From: a virus
Lineage: Duplodnaviria; Caudoviricetes
DNA length: 30,172 nt
Strand: one strand, 5' to 3'
Virus record (IMG/VR): IMGVR_UViG_3300005077_000082
Span: 1-30,172 of that record
Both the position numbers and the translations under genes were made by a program. How positions within the stretch are numbered: the first letter of the stretch is position 1; each line of letters opens with the position of its first letter. The notes beneath the pieces were generated by a model, which ran no database searches, was not told where the DNA came from, and saw nothing but the letters and a program-made list of their open reading frames with translations. This document shows, in pieces, positions 16,702 through 24,357 of this stretch.

Positions 16702-16865
16702 CAGATCGCCGCTATGCTGGCACCTCCTCCGGGCGCACGATCATGCCACGGGTCGAGCCGCACTCGCAATTCCTCAGCCTGGTACCCCACGAGAGCCAAG
16801 CCGCGCCAAGCTTCGGGTCCGTGCTTACGCCCGCATGAGCACGGATAGTCTGGGAATCGGGGCAT
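16701..16865 (-). pseudogene. Small CxC...CxC zinc-binding gene, apparently frameshifted near 16778
   Basis: Frame 0 reads MPRFPDYPCSCGRKH...LVGYQ; the +1 frame continues LRNCECGSTRGMIVRPEEVPA* (stop at 16712-16714). Confidence 0.5.
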
Positions 16866-16871
16866 ATCCCG

Positions 16872-16933
16872 ATCGTTAACGCAAAGGTCGCGCAATGTCA
16901 AGCTTGACGTTTGCGATCACTTATGATAGCGAT
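16872..16933. promoter_or_regulatory. Back-to-back divergent promoters (PL/PR-like switch)
   Basis: Leftward TTGACA-N17-TAACGAT and rightward TTGACG-N17-TAGCGAT, centred on the palindrome gtcaagcttgac; AT-rich relative to the flanks. Confidence 0.7.
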
Positions 16934-16940
16934 TCATGCC

Positions 16941-17204
16941 ATGACAGCAGCAAACCGAAAGCTCCGCGGTTTCCTCGAGACGCGCGGAGTATCACAGAGC
17001 GCCGCGGCGCGCGCCCTCGGTGTGACGTCCGTGGCCGTGCATCAGTGGGTCCACGGACGCGCGCGACCTCGCCCGGACCTGCGCGTCGCCATCGAGCGGT
17101 GGACGCGCGGGTTCTTGCGCGCCGACGAGTGGCAGACGGCGCGCGAGAAAGACCGCGCCCGGTTCGCCCTCCGCGTCGCGCCGCTCGAGGACGGATCCGC
17201 GTGA
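16941..17204 (+). CDS. Cro-like XRE HTH regulator
   Basis: VSQSAAARALGVTSVAVHQWVHGRARP...IERWTRG; first gene of the rightward operon. Confidence 0.85.
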   Translation: MTAANRKLRGFLETRGVSQSAAARALGVTSVAVHQWVHGRARPRPDLRVAIERWTRGFLRADEWQTAREKDRARFALRVAPLEDGSA

Positions 17205-17491
17205 TGGCATCGCTCCGCTGCCTGCAGTGCGGCGACGTCATCGACCGCGACGCTGGACCGCTCTGCACCGATTGCGACCCGGACGGCCTGATGACGATCG
17301 CGATTCGCGACACCGAGCCGCCGCCGGCACCGACGCCGCGCCGATCGGCGAAGGCGTGCGGTCATGCGCGCGTGACGCGATCGACCGTGCGCCATGACGT
17401 TCAGGCCGTCGTCTGTTCGACGTGCGGCCATGCATGGCTCGAGATCGCCGAGCCGGAACTTCCGAGCGACATGGGGCGGGCAATCGCGTGA
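17204..17491 (+). CDS. Zinc-finger protein
   Basis: CLQC, CTDC, CGH and CSTC motifs; TGATG coupling. Confidence 0.65.
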   Translation: MASLRCLQCGDVIDRDAGPLCTDCDPDGLMTIAIRDTEPPPAPTPRRSAKACGHARVTRSTVRHDVQAVVCSTCGHAWLEIAEPELPSDMGRAIA

Positions 17492-17871
17492 CGGCGAGAC
17501 GGCCGGCGTTTGCTGTCGGTGACCGCATCGGGTCGCTGGTCGTGCTCAGTGAGCCGACGCCGAGCGTGCACCACTACGACGAGGTTCGCGTCCGCTGCGA
17601 CTGCGGCGCCGAGGAGACGACATTCGTCTTCGCGCTCGGGCTCGGCCTGCGACAGAAGCAACGCTGCCGCGCATGCAGCCGCGGCATTCAGGAGCTCAAG
17701 CGCCTCGAGCGCCGAGAGGCGAAAGCGGTCGGCCGCGTCGGCCGCTTCTGCCGCGAGTGCATGGGCATGCCGTGGCGCGTGACAGGATCTCACTGCCGGG
17801 TCTGCGGACTCGCGCGCAAAGAGGAGCAAATAAACCATGCTGACATCGTCCAGAATCGCAGCGTTTCATGA
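17488..17871 (+). CDS. Cys-rich protein with HNH/AP2-associated N-terminal module
   Basis: GDRIGSLVV...RVRCDCG...CRAC, then CREC and CRVC. Confidence 0.6.
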   Translation: MTARRPAFAVGDRIGSLVVLSEPTPSVHHYDEVRVRCDCGAEETTFVFALGLGLRQKQRCRACSRGIQELKRLERREAKAVGRVGRFCRECMGMPWRVTGSHCRVCGLARKEEQINHADIVQNRSVS

Positions 17872-18151
17872 GGCGGGCGTCGCCGACGCCATTGCCGCTC
17901 TGGCAAACGTGCTCGACATCGGGTCGCGCAAGCACCCGCACCAGGAATGGCGGCTTCTTTCCGACCGCCAGCTCTTTGACCACGCACGCGATCACTTCGA
18001 CCATGCGGAGCGGCTCGACGCGGAAACCGGCGAACCGGAGTTGATCAACGCCATCGCGCGGCTGACCATGATCGGACAGCGATGGATCGAGGAGCGGGGC
18101 AGGCAGCAGTTCGTCGCGCATCTCGCGACCGAGGACGACGGCAATGGCTGA
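17837..18151 (+). CDS. DUF5664-like (dATP/dGTP diphosphohydrolase N-terminal domain) protein
   Basis: LANVLDIGSRKH...W...DH...DAETGEPELINAIARL resembles VL..GA.KY..NW...RH...D.ESG..HL.HA. Confidence 0.6.
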   Translation: MLTSSRIAAFHEAGVADAIAALANVLDIGSRKHPHQEWRLLSDRQLFDHARDHFDHAERLDAETGEPELINAIARLTMIGQRWIEERGRQQFVAHLATEDDGNG

Positions 18152-18356
18152 CCGCTCGGGACGGGACCGCATCGAACGTGCGGCGGCATGGGCCGAGATG
18201 CAGGCGCGGCTCTTGGCGCGGTTCGAGCTCGTGCGAGACCGGGACGGAGTCGTGCTTGCGTACTTCTACGAGCTCGGCGAGGACAGCGATCGCCTTCTTG
18301 CGCTGCTCGGTCCGGGGCACTCGACGAGGAAGATCCGCAGGGCGAGGGCCGCGTGA
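18144..18356 (+). CDS. Hypothetical protein (70 aa)
   Basis: Overlaps both neighbours; good codon bias. Confidence 0.55.
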   Translation: MADRSGRDRIERAAAWAEMQARLLARFELVRDRDGVVLAYFYELGEDSDRLLALLGPGHSTRKIRRARAA

Positions 18357-18622
18357 CCAACCCACTGATCACCCGTGACGACCTGCGGCGGTGTGGTGAC
18401 TGCTGGTCCAGCAAGGACATCGCCCGCCGCGTCTCGCACGAGGGCGTCACCTTGCGGCAGATCCTGGATGCGTGGCACGCGAGACCCATTTATCGTGTGT
18501 GGGTAGCGTGCTGCGCGCTGCCGGAGCGCGAGGCTCGCAGGTTTGCGTGCCGTTGCGCCCGGCGGGCCCTAGAGCGCGAGGAGCAGGTCGCCGACCTGCG
18601 GCGGGTCACGGGGGAGCCGTGA
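18353..18622 (+). CDS. Short Imm5-like protein, possibly internally deleted
   Basis: VTLRQILD...W...RRFACRCARRALEREEQVADLRRV; GTGA overlaps at both ends. Confidence 0.5.
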   Translation: MTNPLITRDDLRRCGDCWSSKDIARRVSHEGVTLRQILDAWHARPIYRVWVACCALPEREARRFACRCARRALEREEQVADLRRVTGEP

Positions 18623-19005
18623 GCGTCCGCCCACTACCGACCTGGCGCTGGGGCACGTCGATCGTGCCCTGCACCGCCGGTATGCGCATCGACGTGCAGC
18701 GCATCGCGATCAGCAGATGGGCGCTTCACCGGCTCGCGGCCCGTCATGCGCGGTGGGTGCGCAAGGGCCGTGATGTCATCTACTACCGCACACCGCACCC
18801 GCGACGAGGAGACGACCATCCCATCTGGTCGCCGTGCTGGTCTCCGTCGCGCGGCGCAAGCGATCGTGCCGCAAGGGCCGCCGAGGCCGAGATCGACGAC
18901 AACGGAGCCGAACTCTTCGACGACACCGAGGAGTCCGAAACGCAGACCGCGGCGCCCGCAAAGCTCGCAGAGCAGGGCGACCTCTTCTCACGAGGCAAAC
19001 CATGA
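18619..19005 (+). CDS. Hypothetical protein
   Basis: Coupled to neighbours by GTGA and ATGA overlaps; QGDLF motif near the C-terminus. Confidence 0.55.
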   Translation: MSVRPLPTWRWGTSIVPCTAGMRIDVQRIAISRWALHRLAARHARWVRKGRDVIYYRTPHPRRGDDHPIWSPCWSPSRGASDRAARAAEAEIDDNGAELFDDTEESETQTAAPAKLAEQGDLFSRGKP

Positions 19006-19664
19006 TCCGATCTGCCATCATCCTCGGCGTCGACCTGTCGCTCACAAGCACGGGGCTCGTCGTCGTGCCGTCCGAATGGGACTACTGCTGGCGCCGCGTG
19101 TACGCCGTCAGCGTCGGTCTGGCGCTCGGCAAGCAGGCGTCGGTTGCCGATCAGATTCACCGGCGGCGCGCCATTGCCGACGACATCTGCCGGGTCATGG
19201 TGCATCGCGACGTCACGCACGTCTGGATCGAGGGATACCCGGCCGGTGGTGGCAAGGTCTTTGCCCTCGACAAGCTCGCCGAGCTCGGCGGCGTCGTGCG
19301 CGACAACATAATGGCACGCACGGGCATTGCCGCGCAGACCGCGCCACAGTCGACCGCGCGCAAGCTGCTGCTCGGCAGGCTGCCCTCGCACCACCGGAAG
19401 GAGCACGTCGTCGAGGCGCTGCGCGTCGCTGGCGCAGGTTTCGCCGACGCCGATCAGGCGGATGCATTCGTCGCCGCCAACTACGGGCTGTCCGAGCTTG
19501 GCGCGCCATGCCTCGCCGCCTGTCTCTGGAGACCTCAGGATGGGGCGGTGATAGCCGACCCGCGAGCCGTCGATGTGCTGTCCGGAGTGGACACCGGATG
19601 CACGTCGTCACGCAGGCGCCGCTCCTCGCCTGCTGCGGTTCGCGGGTCGACTACCGCTGCCTGA
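19002..19664 (+). CDS. RuvC-like Holliday junction resolvase
   Basis: ILGVDLSLTSTG, VWIEG, LAELGGVVR, DQADA catalytic pattern. Confidence 0.85.
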   Translation: MIRSAIILGVDLSLTSTGLVVVPSEWDYCWRRVYAVSVGLALGKQASVADQIHRRRAIADDICRVMVHRDVTHVWIEGYPAGGGKVFALDKLAELGGVVRDNIMARTGIAAQTAPQSTARKLLLGRLPSHHRKEHVVEALRVAGAGFADADQADAFVAANYGLSELGAPCLAACLWRPQDGAVIADPRAVDVLSGVDTGCTSSRRRRSSPAAVRGSTTAA

Positions 19665-19689
19665 TCGCATCTAGACAAGGAGCATCATC

Positions 19690-19893
19690 ATGGGTGAACT
19701 GATCCCGATTCGGAAACTAGTGCGCGACAAGCGGACGCACGTCCGCCGTTCACTTGGCCCCTGGTCCGTTTCTCTCCGCGCCGGCGCCGTCGCGGTCATC
19801 TGGGAAAACGGCGAGATCTGGCTGTCCCCCGCGGAGGCAAAGTCGCTGGCCATTGACCTACTGTCGGTAACGGGGCATGGGGGTGTGCGATGA
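19690..19893 (+). CDS. Hypothetical protein (67 aa)
   Basis: AAGGAG RBS; ATGA overlap with the next gene. Confidence 0.6.
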   Translation: MGELIPIRKLVRDKRTHVRRSLGPWSVSLRAGAVAVIWENGEIWLSPAEAKSLAIDLLSVTGHGGVR

Positions 19894-20183
19894 GACGCAC
19901 CGTGATAGTGCCCCGGGACCTGATCGACGAGTGGTCCCAGGGGCGAGGCCTGACCTTCGCCGTCCCGGAGATGGGGCGCCACATGGTGACATGCTGGATC
20001 CTGTCGTCCGGACAGATCACAGCCGACGACCTCCGGCGGTCACAGGAGATATGGGGCGCATCCGCACGCCAGCCGGGAGTGCTGACGACCCTCTCCGTCG
20101 TCCTCGAGCTGCTCGAGCGTGGCATCATTCGCTCGGTCGGCTTCGGCAGCGACGGCAACATCACCGTCGAGCTCCCGACATGA
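19890..20183 (+). CDS. Hypothetical protein (97 aa)
   Basis: ATGA overlaps at both ends. Confidence 0.6.
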   Translation: MRRTVIVPRDLIDEWSQGRGLTFAVPEMGRHMVTCWILSSGQITADDLRRSQEIWGASARQPGVLTTLSVVLELLERGIIRSVGFGSDGNITVELPT

Positions 20184-21154
20184 CGCCGTTCGTCAAGATC
20201 TACGCGTCCATGCTGACCTCGAGCATCTGGTCGGAGTCGTCCGAGACGCGCGTCGTCTGGATCACCATGCTCGCCGCCGCCGACGAGGACGGCGTCGTCG
20301 CCGCGTCCATCGGCGGACTGGCGCGGCTGGCCAACGTGACGAGGGAGGCGTGCGAGGCCGCGCTGCAGGTCCTCATGTCGCCCGACCCTGACGACCGGTC
20401 GGGCGTCGACGAGGGCAGGCGGATCGAAGTGGAGCCGGGCGTAGGGTGGCGGATCAAGTCCGCTCGGCGCTACCGCGAGATGCGCACTCGGGATCAGGTC
20501 ACAGCCGCAGCCAGGCAGGCCCGCGCCAGGGCTGCACACAGACAGCCCGCTACAGACCGTTACGGTAACGGTTCGTTACGCGACGTAACGGGCAGTAACG
20601 CTCGGGACGCTACAGACCGTTACGGTAACGATTCGTTACGCCCGTTACGCGCAGAGGGAGAGGGAGAGAGAGAGGGAGATCCCATGCATTGCATGCATGG
20701 GGGGGAGAGGGGGGGAGGCTTCGCTCCCCCCCATACCCCCCCGACCGAATGCGAGCCCGGGATTCCCGACTCAACTCTGCCGGCATCGGGGCAGGCGACG
20801 CTGCCAGGACAGGACGCGCCGACGCCACGCAAGGGCAGGCAGCGAAAGGCTCCGGAGCACCCGATCCCGGACGACTGGGCGCCAACCGACGGCGCACGCC
20901 GAATGGCCCTCGATCTCCGGATCGACTGCGACCGAGAGGCCGCTCGGTTTCGCGACCACGCTGCCGCCCACGACCGCCGCTGCGTCGACTGGCACGCCGC
21001 GTTCCGCAACTGGCTCCGTCGCGCCGAGGAGCTGGGCGCACCACGGGGACAGCCCGCGCCGGCCGCACCCAAGCCGATCCCCTCGGCGAGGGACGAGGTC
21101 AAGCGGCTCTACGGCGTCGACCTCCTCGCAGCCAAGCCGGGAGGGCGGACCTGA
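20180..21154 (+). CDS. Phage replication initiator (N-terminal wHTH-like, C-terminal DnaT-like domain)
   Basis: FVKIYASMLTSSIWSE...VWITMLAAADEDG; C-terminal IPDDWAP...FRDH...DWHAAFRNW; contains iterons and lies directly upstream of DnaB. Confidence 0.8.
   Translation: MTPFVKIYASMLTSSIWSESSETRVVWITMLAAADEDGVVAASIGGLARLANVTREACEAALQVLMSPDPDDRSGVDEGRRIEVEPGVGWRIKSARRYREMRTRDQVTAAARQARARAAHRQPATDRYGNGSLRDVTGSNARDATDRYGNDSLRPLRAEGEGEREGDPMHCMHGGERGGGFAPPHTPPTECEPGIPDSTLPASGQATLPGQDAPTPRKGRQRKAPEHPIPDDWAPTDGARRMALDLRIDCDREAARFRDHAAAHDRRCVDWHAAFRNWLRRAEELGAPRGQPAPAAPKPIPSARDEVKRLYGVDLLAAKPGGRT
20548..20742. repeat. Putative replication origin inside the initiator gene
   Basis: 34-bp direct repeat (20548-20581 and 20608-20641, one mismatch); nine CGTTAC/GTAACG hexamers in both orientations; then a GA purine tract, a cccatgca..tgcatggg palindrome, and G/C runs. 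Confidence 0.75.
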
Positions 21155-22467
21155 TGTCGCGCGAGGAGATGGTCGCACGGCGGGCCCAGCTCGAGCGCCG
21201 GCTGCTCGGCGCCTGGTTCGCCCAGCCGAAGTTTCGCGCCGCGTGGGTGCCAGAGCCGGGCCTGTTCGTTTCCACGCAGCTCAGGGCCATCGCCGCCGTC
21301 GCGGCACGAGACCCTGAGGTCGACATCGACGGCGCGCTCATGGCGCTGCACGCGACCGGCGAGCTGACCAAGCTCTTCTCGTCGCCCGGCGACGCGGTCG
21401 ACCTCGTCATGCTCGCGCCGCACGTCCTCGACCCCTGGGCCGCCCTCGAGGAGATGCGCGGCATGGTCGCCGCTGCCGCTGCACGGGATGCACTGATCGC
21501 GGCAACGCGGGAGATCGACGACGCGGGGAACGTCGGCGACGTCATGGCGCGGCTTTCCGAGTCGATGGCGGCCGCCGTCGCGCTGTCGGGATCGCCGGTG
21601 GCGTCGATGCGCGACATCATGGCCCGCAGTTGGGACGGCGCGCGGTCCAAGGAGCGACGGCCCGGCGTCCTGTCCGGTGTCGGCGAGCTCGACGCCGCAA
21701 CGGGCGGGCTCCGTCACGGCCAGGTCTGGGTGATCGGTGCATCGACGTCATGGGGCAAGTCTTCTTGGCTCTGCCACATCGCGAGCCGCGCAACGGACAC
21801 CGGGCACCGCGTGCTCATCGTCTCCGCGGAGGACTCTGAAGAGCTCTACGGGCGGCGCCTCCTGCAGATCAGGGCAAGCGTCAACGCGGTCAGGTTGCGC
21901 GACGGGATGCTCACGCCGGACGAGCACGAGCGCGCAACCAGTGCCATCAAGCACGCGCCGACGAGACCGTTCTTCGTGTCGGCGATCCGTCGCCCCGTCG
22001 AGCAGGTCGCGAGCGAGGTCAGCTCGCTCTGCGTGTCGCACGGCATCGACGTCGTCCTAGTCGACTACCTGCAAGCGATGCGCGCATCGCGGAAGTCTCA
22101 AGACCGGCGGCTCGAGGTCGACTTCGTCGCGCGCGCGCTGACCGACGCGATCAAGAGCCGCAACGCCACGGGAATCCTGTTCTCTCAGCTCACGACGCAG
22201 AAGGGCGCGGACCACCCGACGCACGAATGGATCCGCGAGTGCCGCGACGTTGCGCACGCGGCAGAGGTCGTGCTGCTCGGCTACTCGACCGGAGAGGGCG
22301 CGGCCGAGCAGAAAATGTTCTGGGTCGACAAGATCAAGGACGGCTGGCGCGGCTTTCCGGTTCGACTCCGGTGGGACGCTGCGCGCGCATGCTTTCTCGA
22401 CGACATCCCGCCGGAGACGTCGTTGGGCGACGGCTTCGACGACTATCATGCACACTACGACAACTGA
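21154..22467 (+). CDS. dnaB: DnaB-like replicative helicase
   Basis: LDAATGGL, Walker A GASTSWGKSS, SAE, VDYLQ, FSQL motifs. Confidence 0.9.
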   Translation: MSREEMVARRAQLERRLLGAWFAQPKFRAAWVPEPGLFVSTQLRAIAAVAARDPEVDIDGALMALHATGELTKLFSSPGDAVDLVMLAPHVLDPWAALEEMRGMVAAAAARDALIAATREIDDAGNVGDVMARLSESMAAAVALSGSPVASMRDIMARSWDGARSKERRPGVLSGVGELDAATGGLRHGQVWVIGASTSWGKSSWLCHIASRATDTGHRVLIVSAEDSEELYGRRLLQIRASVNAVRLRDGMLTPDEHERATSAIKHAPTRPFFVSAIRRPVEQVASEVSSLCVSHGIDVVLVDYLQAMRASRKSQDRRLEVDFVARALTDAIKSRNATGILFSQLTTQKGADHPTHEWIRECRDVAHAAEVVLLGYSTGEGAAEQKMFWVDKIKDGWRGFPVRLRWDAARACFLDDIPPETSLGDGFDDYHAHYDN

Positions 22468-22478
22468 ACGGAGGCAAC

Positions 22479-23030
22479 ATGGCATCGAAGGCAAACAACG
22501 ACGACCGAGTCAAGATCGAGCGGTTCGACCGCACGCTGCGTGTGACACTCTCCGACGAGGAGGTCGCCGAGCGGGCAAACGCGGCGGCAACGACGCTTCA
22601 GCGCCGCGACGAGGAGGAGGCGGCGCTCGCGGCCGACAACAAGCTGCGCAAGGCTAAGATCGGCGAGATGGACGCCGAGATCCGACGCCTGTCAACGGAG
22701 GTCCGCGAGAAGGCGACGTACCGCCCCGTGCCATGCGAGCGACGGCACGAGTACCGCACCGGGACCGTGCGCGAGATCCGCACCGACACCTACGAGACCA
22801 TCGGCGAGCGCGCCATGCTGGATCACGAGCGGCAGCAGGAGCTCGGACTCAGCAAGCGCGACGCTCACGACGACACCGAGCCGGAATACCTGCCGGACGA
22901 CCCGCCGGAGGACGACGCCGCCGATGGCGCAGACGACTCCACGGACGGAGGCGTGCAGCTCGACGACCCGCCGCCAGGCATGCAGGCGGTCAAGCGGCGC
23001 GCGCGCAAGACACCGAGGCCGCGCAGCTGA
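22479..23030 (+). CDS. Conserved phage hypothetical protein (coiled coil plus acidic tail)
   Basis: GGAGG RBS; LSDEEVAER...RTDT.E....R.M...ERQ pattern. Confidence 0.7.
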   Translation: MASKANNDDRVKIERFDRTLRVTLSDEEVAERANAAATTLQRRDEEEAALAADNKLRKAKIGEMDAEIRRLSTEVREKATYRPVPCERRHEYRTGTVREIRTDTYETIGERAMLDHERQQELGLSKRDAHDDTEPEYLPDDPPEDDAADGADDSTDGGVQLDDPPPGMQAVKRRARKTPRPRS

Positions 23031-23728
23031 TGTCACCCACCGGGTCAGCGCCGAGAACCAGAAGGCCGAAGACGATCGAGCCCGGCGCGAGCATGGATCT
23101 CGCTTGGTTCTTCGGCGCTGGCCAGGTCGCCTTCGAGCGCTCGGTTTTCGGCGCAATCCTTGACCGCGTCGAGGCGTCCGCCTACGTTTCCGGGCAATGC
23201 CGAGCATGCCAAGGCGCCGGCATCGTCTGGGAGACCGGGGCATGGTGCGACCGGTGCGCCGGGACCGGGTCCGTGCCCGTCCGACGTCCGTCGGCGCCGC
23301 AGGGCGAGCCGCTCACTGCCCGACCGCGCGGCACGCAGGCGTCTGGCGGCGGCTACCTGCCCGACGACGGGCAGCTCGCCCGGTACGCGGTCATCTCTCG
23401 CCGCTTGCGCTCGATCGCGGCCTGCCACGCCAGGGCGCTCGAGGCCTACTACGGCGATTGCGGCTCGCGGTGGGCCAGGGGCCGGCACGGACGGCTCCTC
23501 GCCCTCTACGCGCTCACGCCCGCCGGCCGCCGCCTCGTGCACCAGGACGAGGTCGGGCAGGCATCGCGTCTGCGCCTCACGCCAAGCGAGCGCGTCGGCG
23601 TGCAGTGCGACCTCGAGGCGGCCCAGCCCAAGGCCGCCCGCCGCGCCCTGCTCGCCGAGGCCGAGACCGAGGCCAGGGCCATGCTCGCCGCCGCTGAACG
23701 CGCCTACCACGCCGCGACCGGGAGATGA
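23030..23728 (+). CDS. DnaJ-type zinc-finger protein, putative late regulator (Q-like position)
   Basis: CRACQGAG and CDRCAGTG (two CxxCxGxG motifs); located at the end of the replication operon. Confidence 0.55.
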   Translation: MSPTGSAPRTRRPKTIEPGASMDLAWFFGAGQVAFERSVFGAILDRVEASAYVSGQCRACQGAGIVWETGAWCDRCAGTGSVPVRRPSAPQGEPLTARPRGTQASGGGYLPDDGQLARYAVISRRLRSIAACHARALEAYYGDCGSRWARGRHGRLLALYALTPAGRRLVHQDEVGQASRLRLTPSERVGVQCDLEAAQPKAARRALLAEAETEARAMLAAAERAYHAATGR

Positions 23729-23732
23729 CCCC

Positions 23733-23996
23733 ATGCTGATCAACGTCGCCGCCCTCGCCCGCCAGATCGGATGGGACCCGCGCCGCGCCGCCCGAATCTT
23801 GGCCAAGTGCGGCGCTGCCACGAAACTCGGCGGAAGATGGGTCACTTCTCTTGCCAGACTCCGGGCCCACTTCCCCGAAGCCATCGACATCATTACGGAA
23901 TCCGCAATCAAACCGCCGAAACCGCCAAAGCGGCAGAAACCGCCACGCGACGCCATAGATCCAGGTAGCACAGCGCGGAAGGAGCAGCAGCCGTGA
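23733..23996 (+). CDS. Small HTH/excisionase-like DNA-binding protein
   Basis: INVAALARQIGWDPRRAARIL...KLGGRWVTS; GGAG RBS. Confidence 0.6.
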   Translation: MLINVAALARQIGWDPRRAARILAKCGAATKLGGRWVTSLARLRAHFPEAIDIITESAIKPPKPPKRQKPPRDAIDPGSTARKEQQP

Positions 23997-24030
23997 CCTC
24001 ACCGGCCAAGCTCGCCGCGCACCGAACCGC

Positions 24031-24312
24031 GTGGCAGCCACCCACCACTACATCGACCTCGGCTCCTCGTGGACGTGCCGGAAGTGCTGGCGCCAACGAG
24101 AGCTCGCAGCAGGCCAGGGCACCCTACAGCCCGTGCACGAGGTCGGCTCTGGAACATGGTGGATCCGAGCGCACCGACCATGCCCAGCATGCGGCGAGCG
24201 ACTCGTCAGGGTCGCGATCCATGTCCTCGGACGAGATGACCACGGCGCACGCAAGCCAGGCGCAGCACGGGGATGCCAGGGGCGAAGCGCGCCGCCGGCC
24301 GCCCGCCCGTGA
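24031..24312 (+). CDS. Small zinc-ribbon protein
   Basis: CRKC and CPAC motifs; more protein-like than the overlapping 23993-24361 frame. Confidence 0.45.
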   Translation: MAATHHYIDLGSSWTCRKCWRQRELAAGQGTLQPVHEVGSGTWWIRAHRPCPACGERLVRVAIHVLGRDDHGARKPGAARGCQGRSAPPAARP

Positions 24313-24357
24313 CTGGCGCGCAATCGCGCGCGAGGCCGGAGAGGCCAGGTCGCCGAC

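Noticed and set aside
19002-19664. RuvC domain as TnpB/Cas12 or a transposase
   Set aside because: Short, with no zinc finger or REC region and no IS ends; typical phage resolvase position.
20548-20641. 34-bp direct repeats resembling a mini CRISPR array
   Set aside because: Only two copies, in frame within the initiator gene, the spacer is built from the same hexamer, and there are no cas genes. Better explained as iterons.
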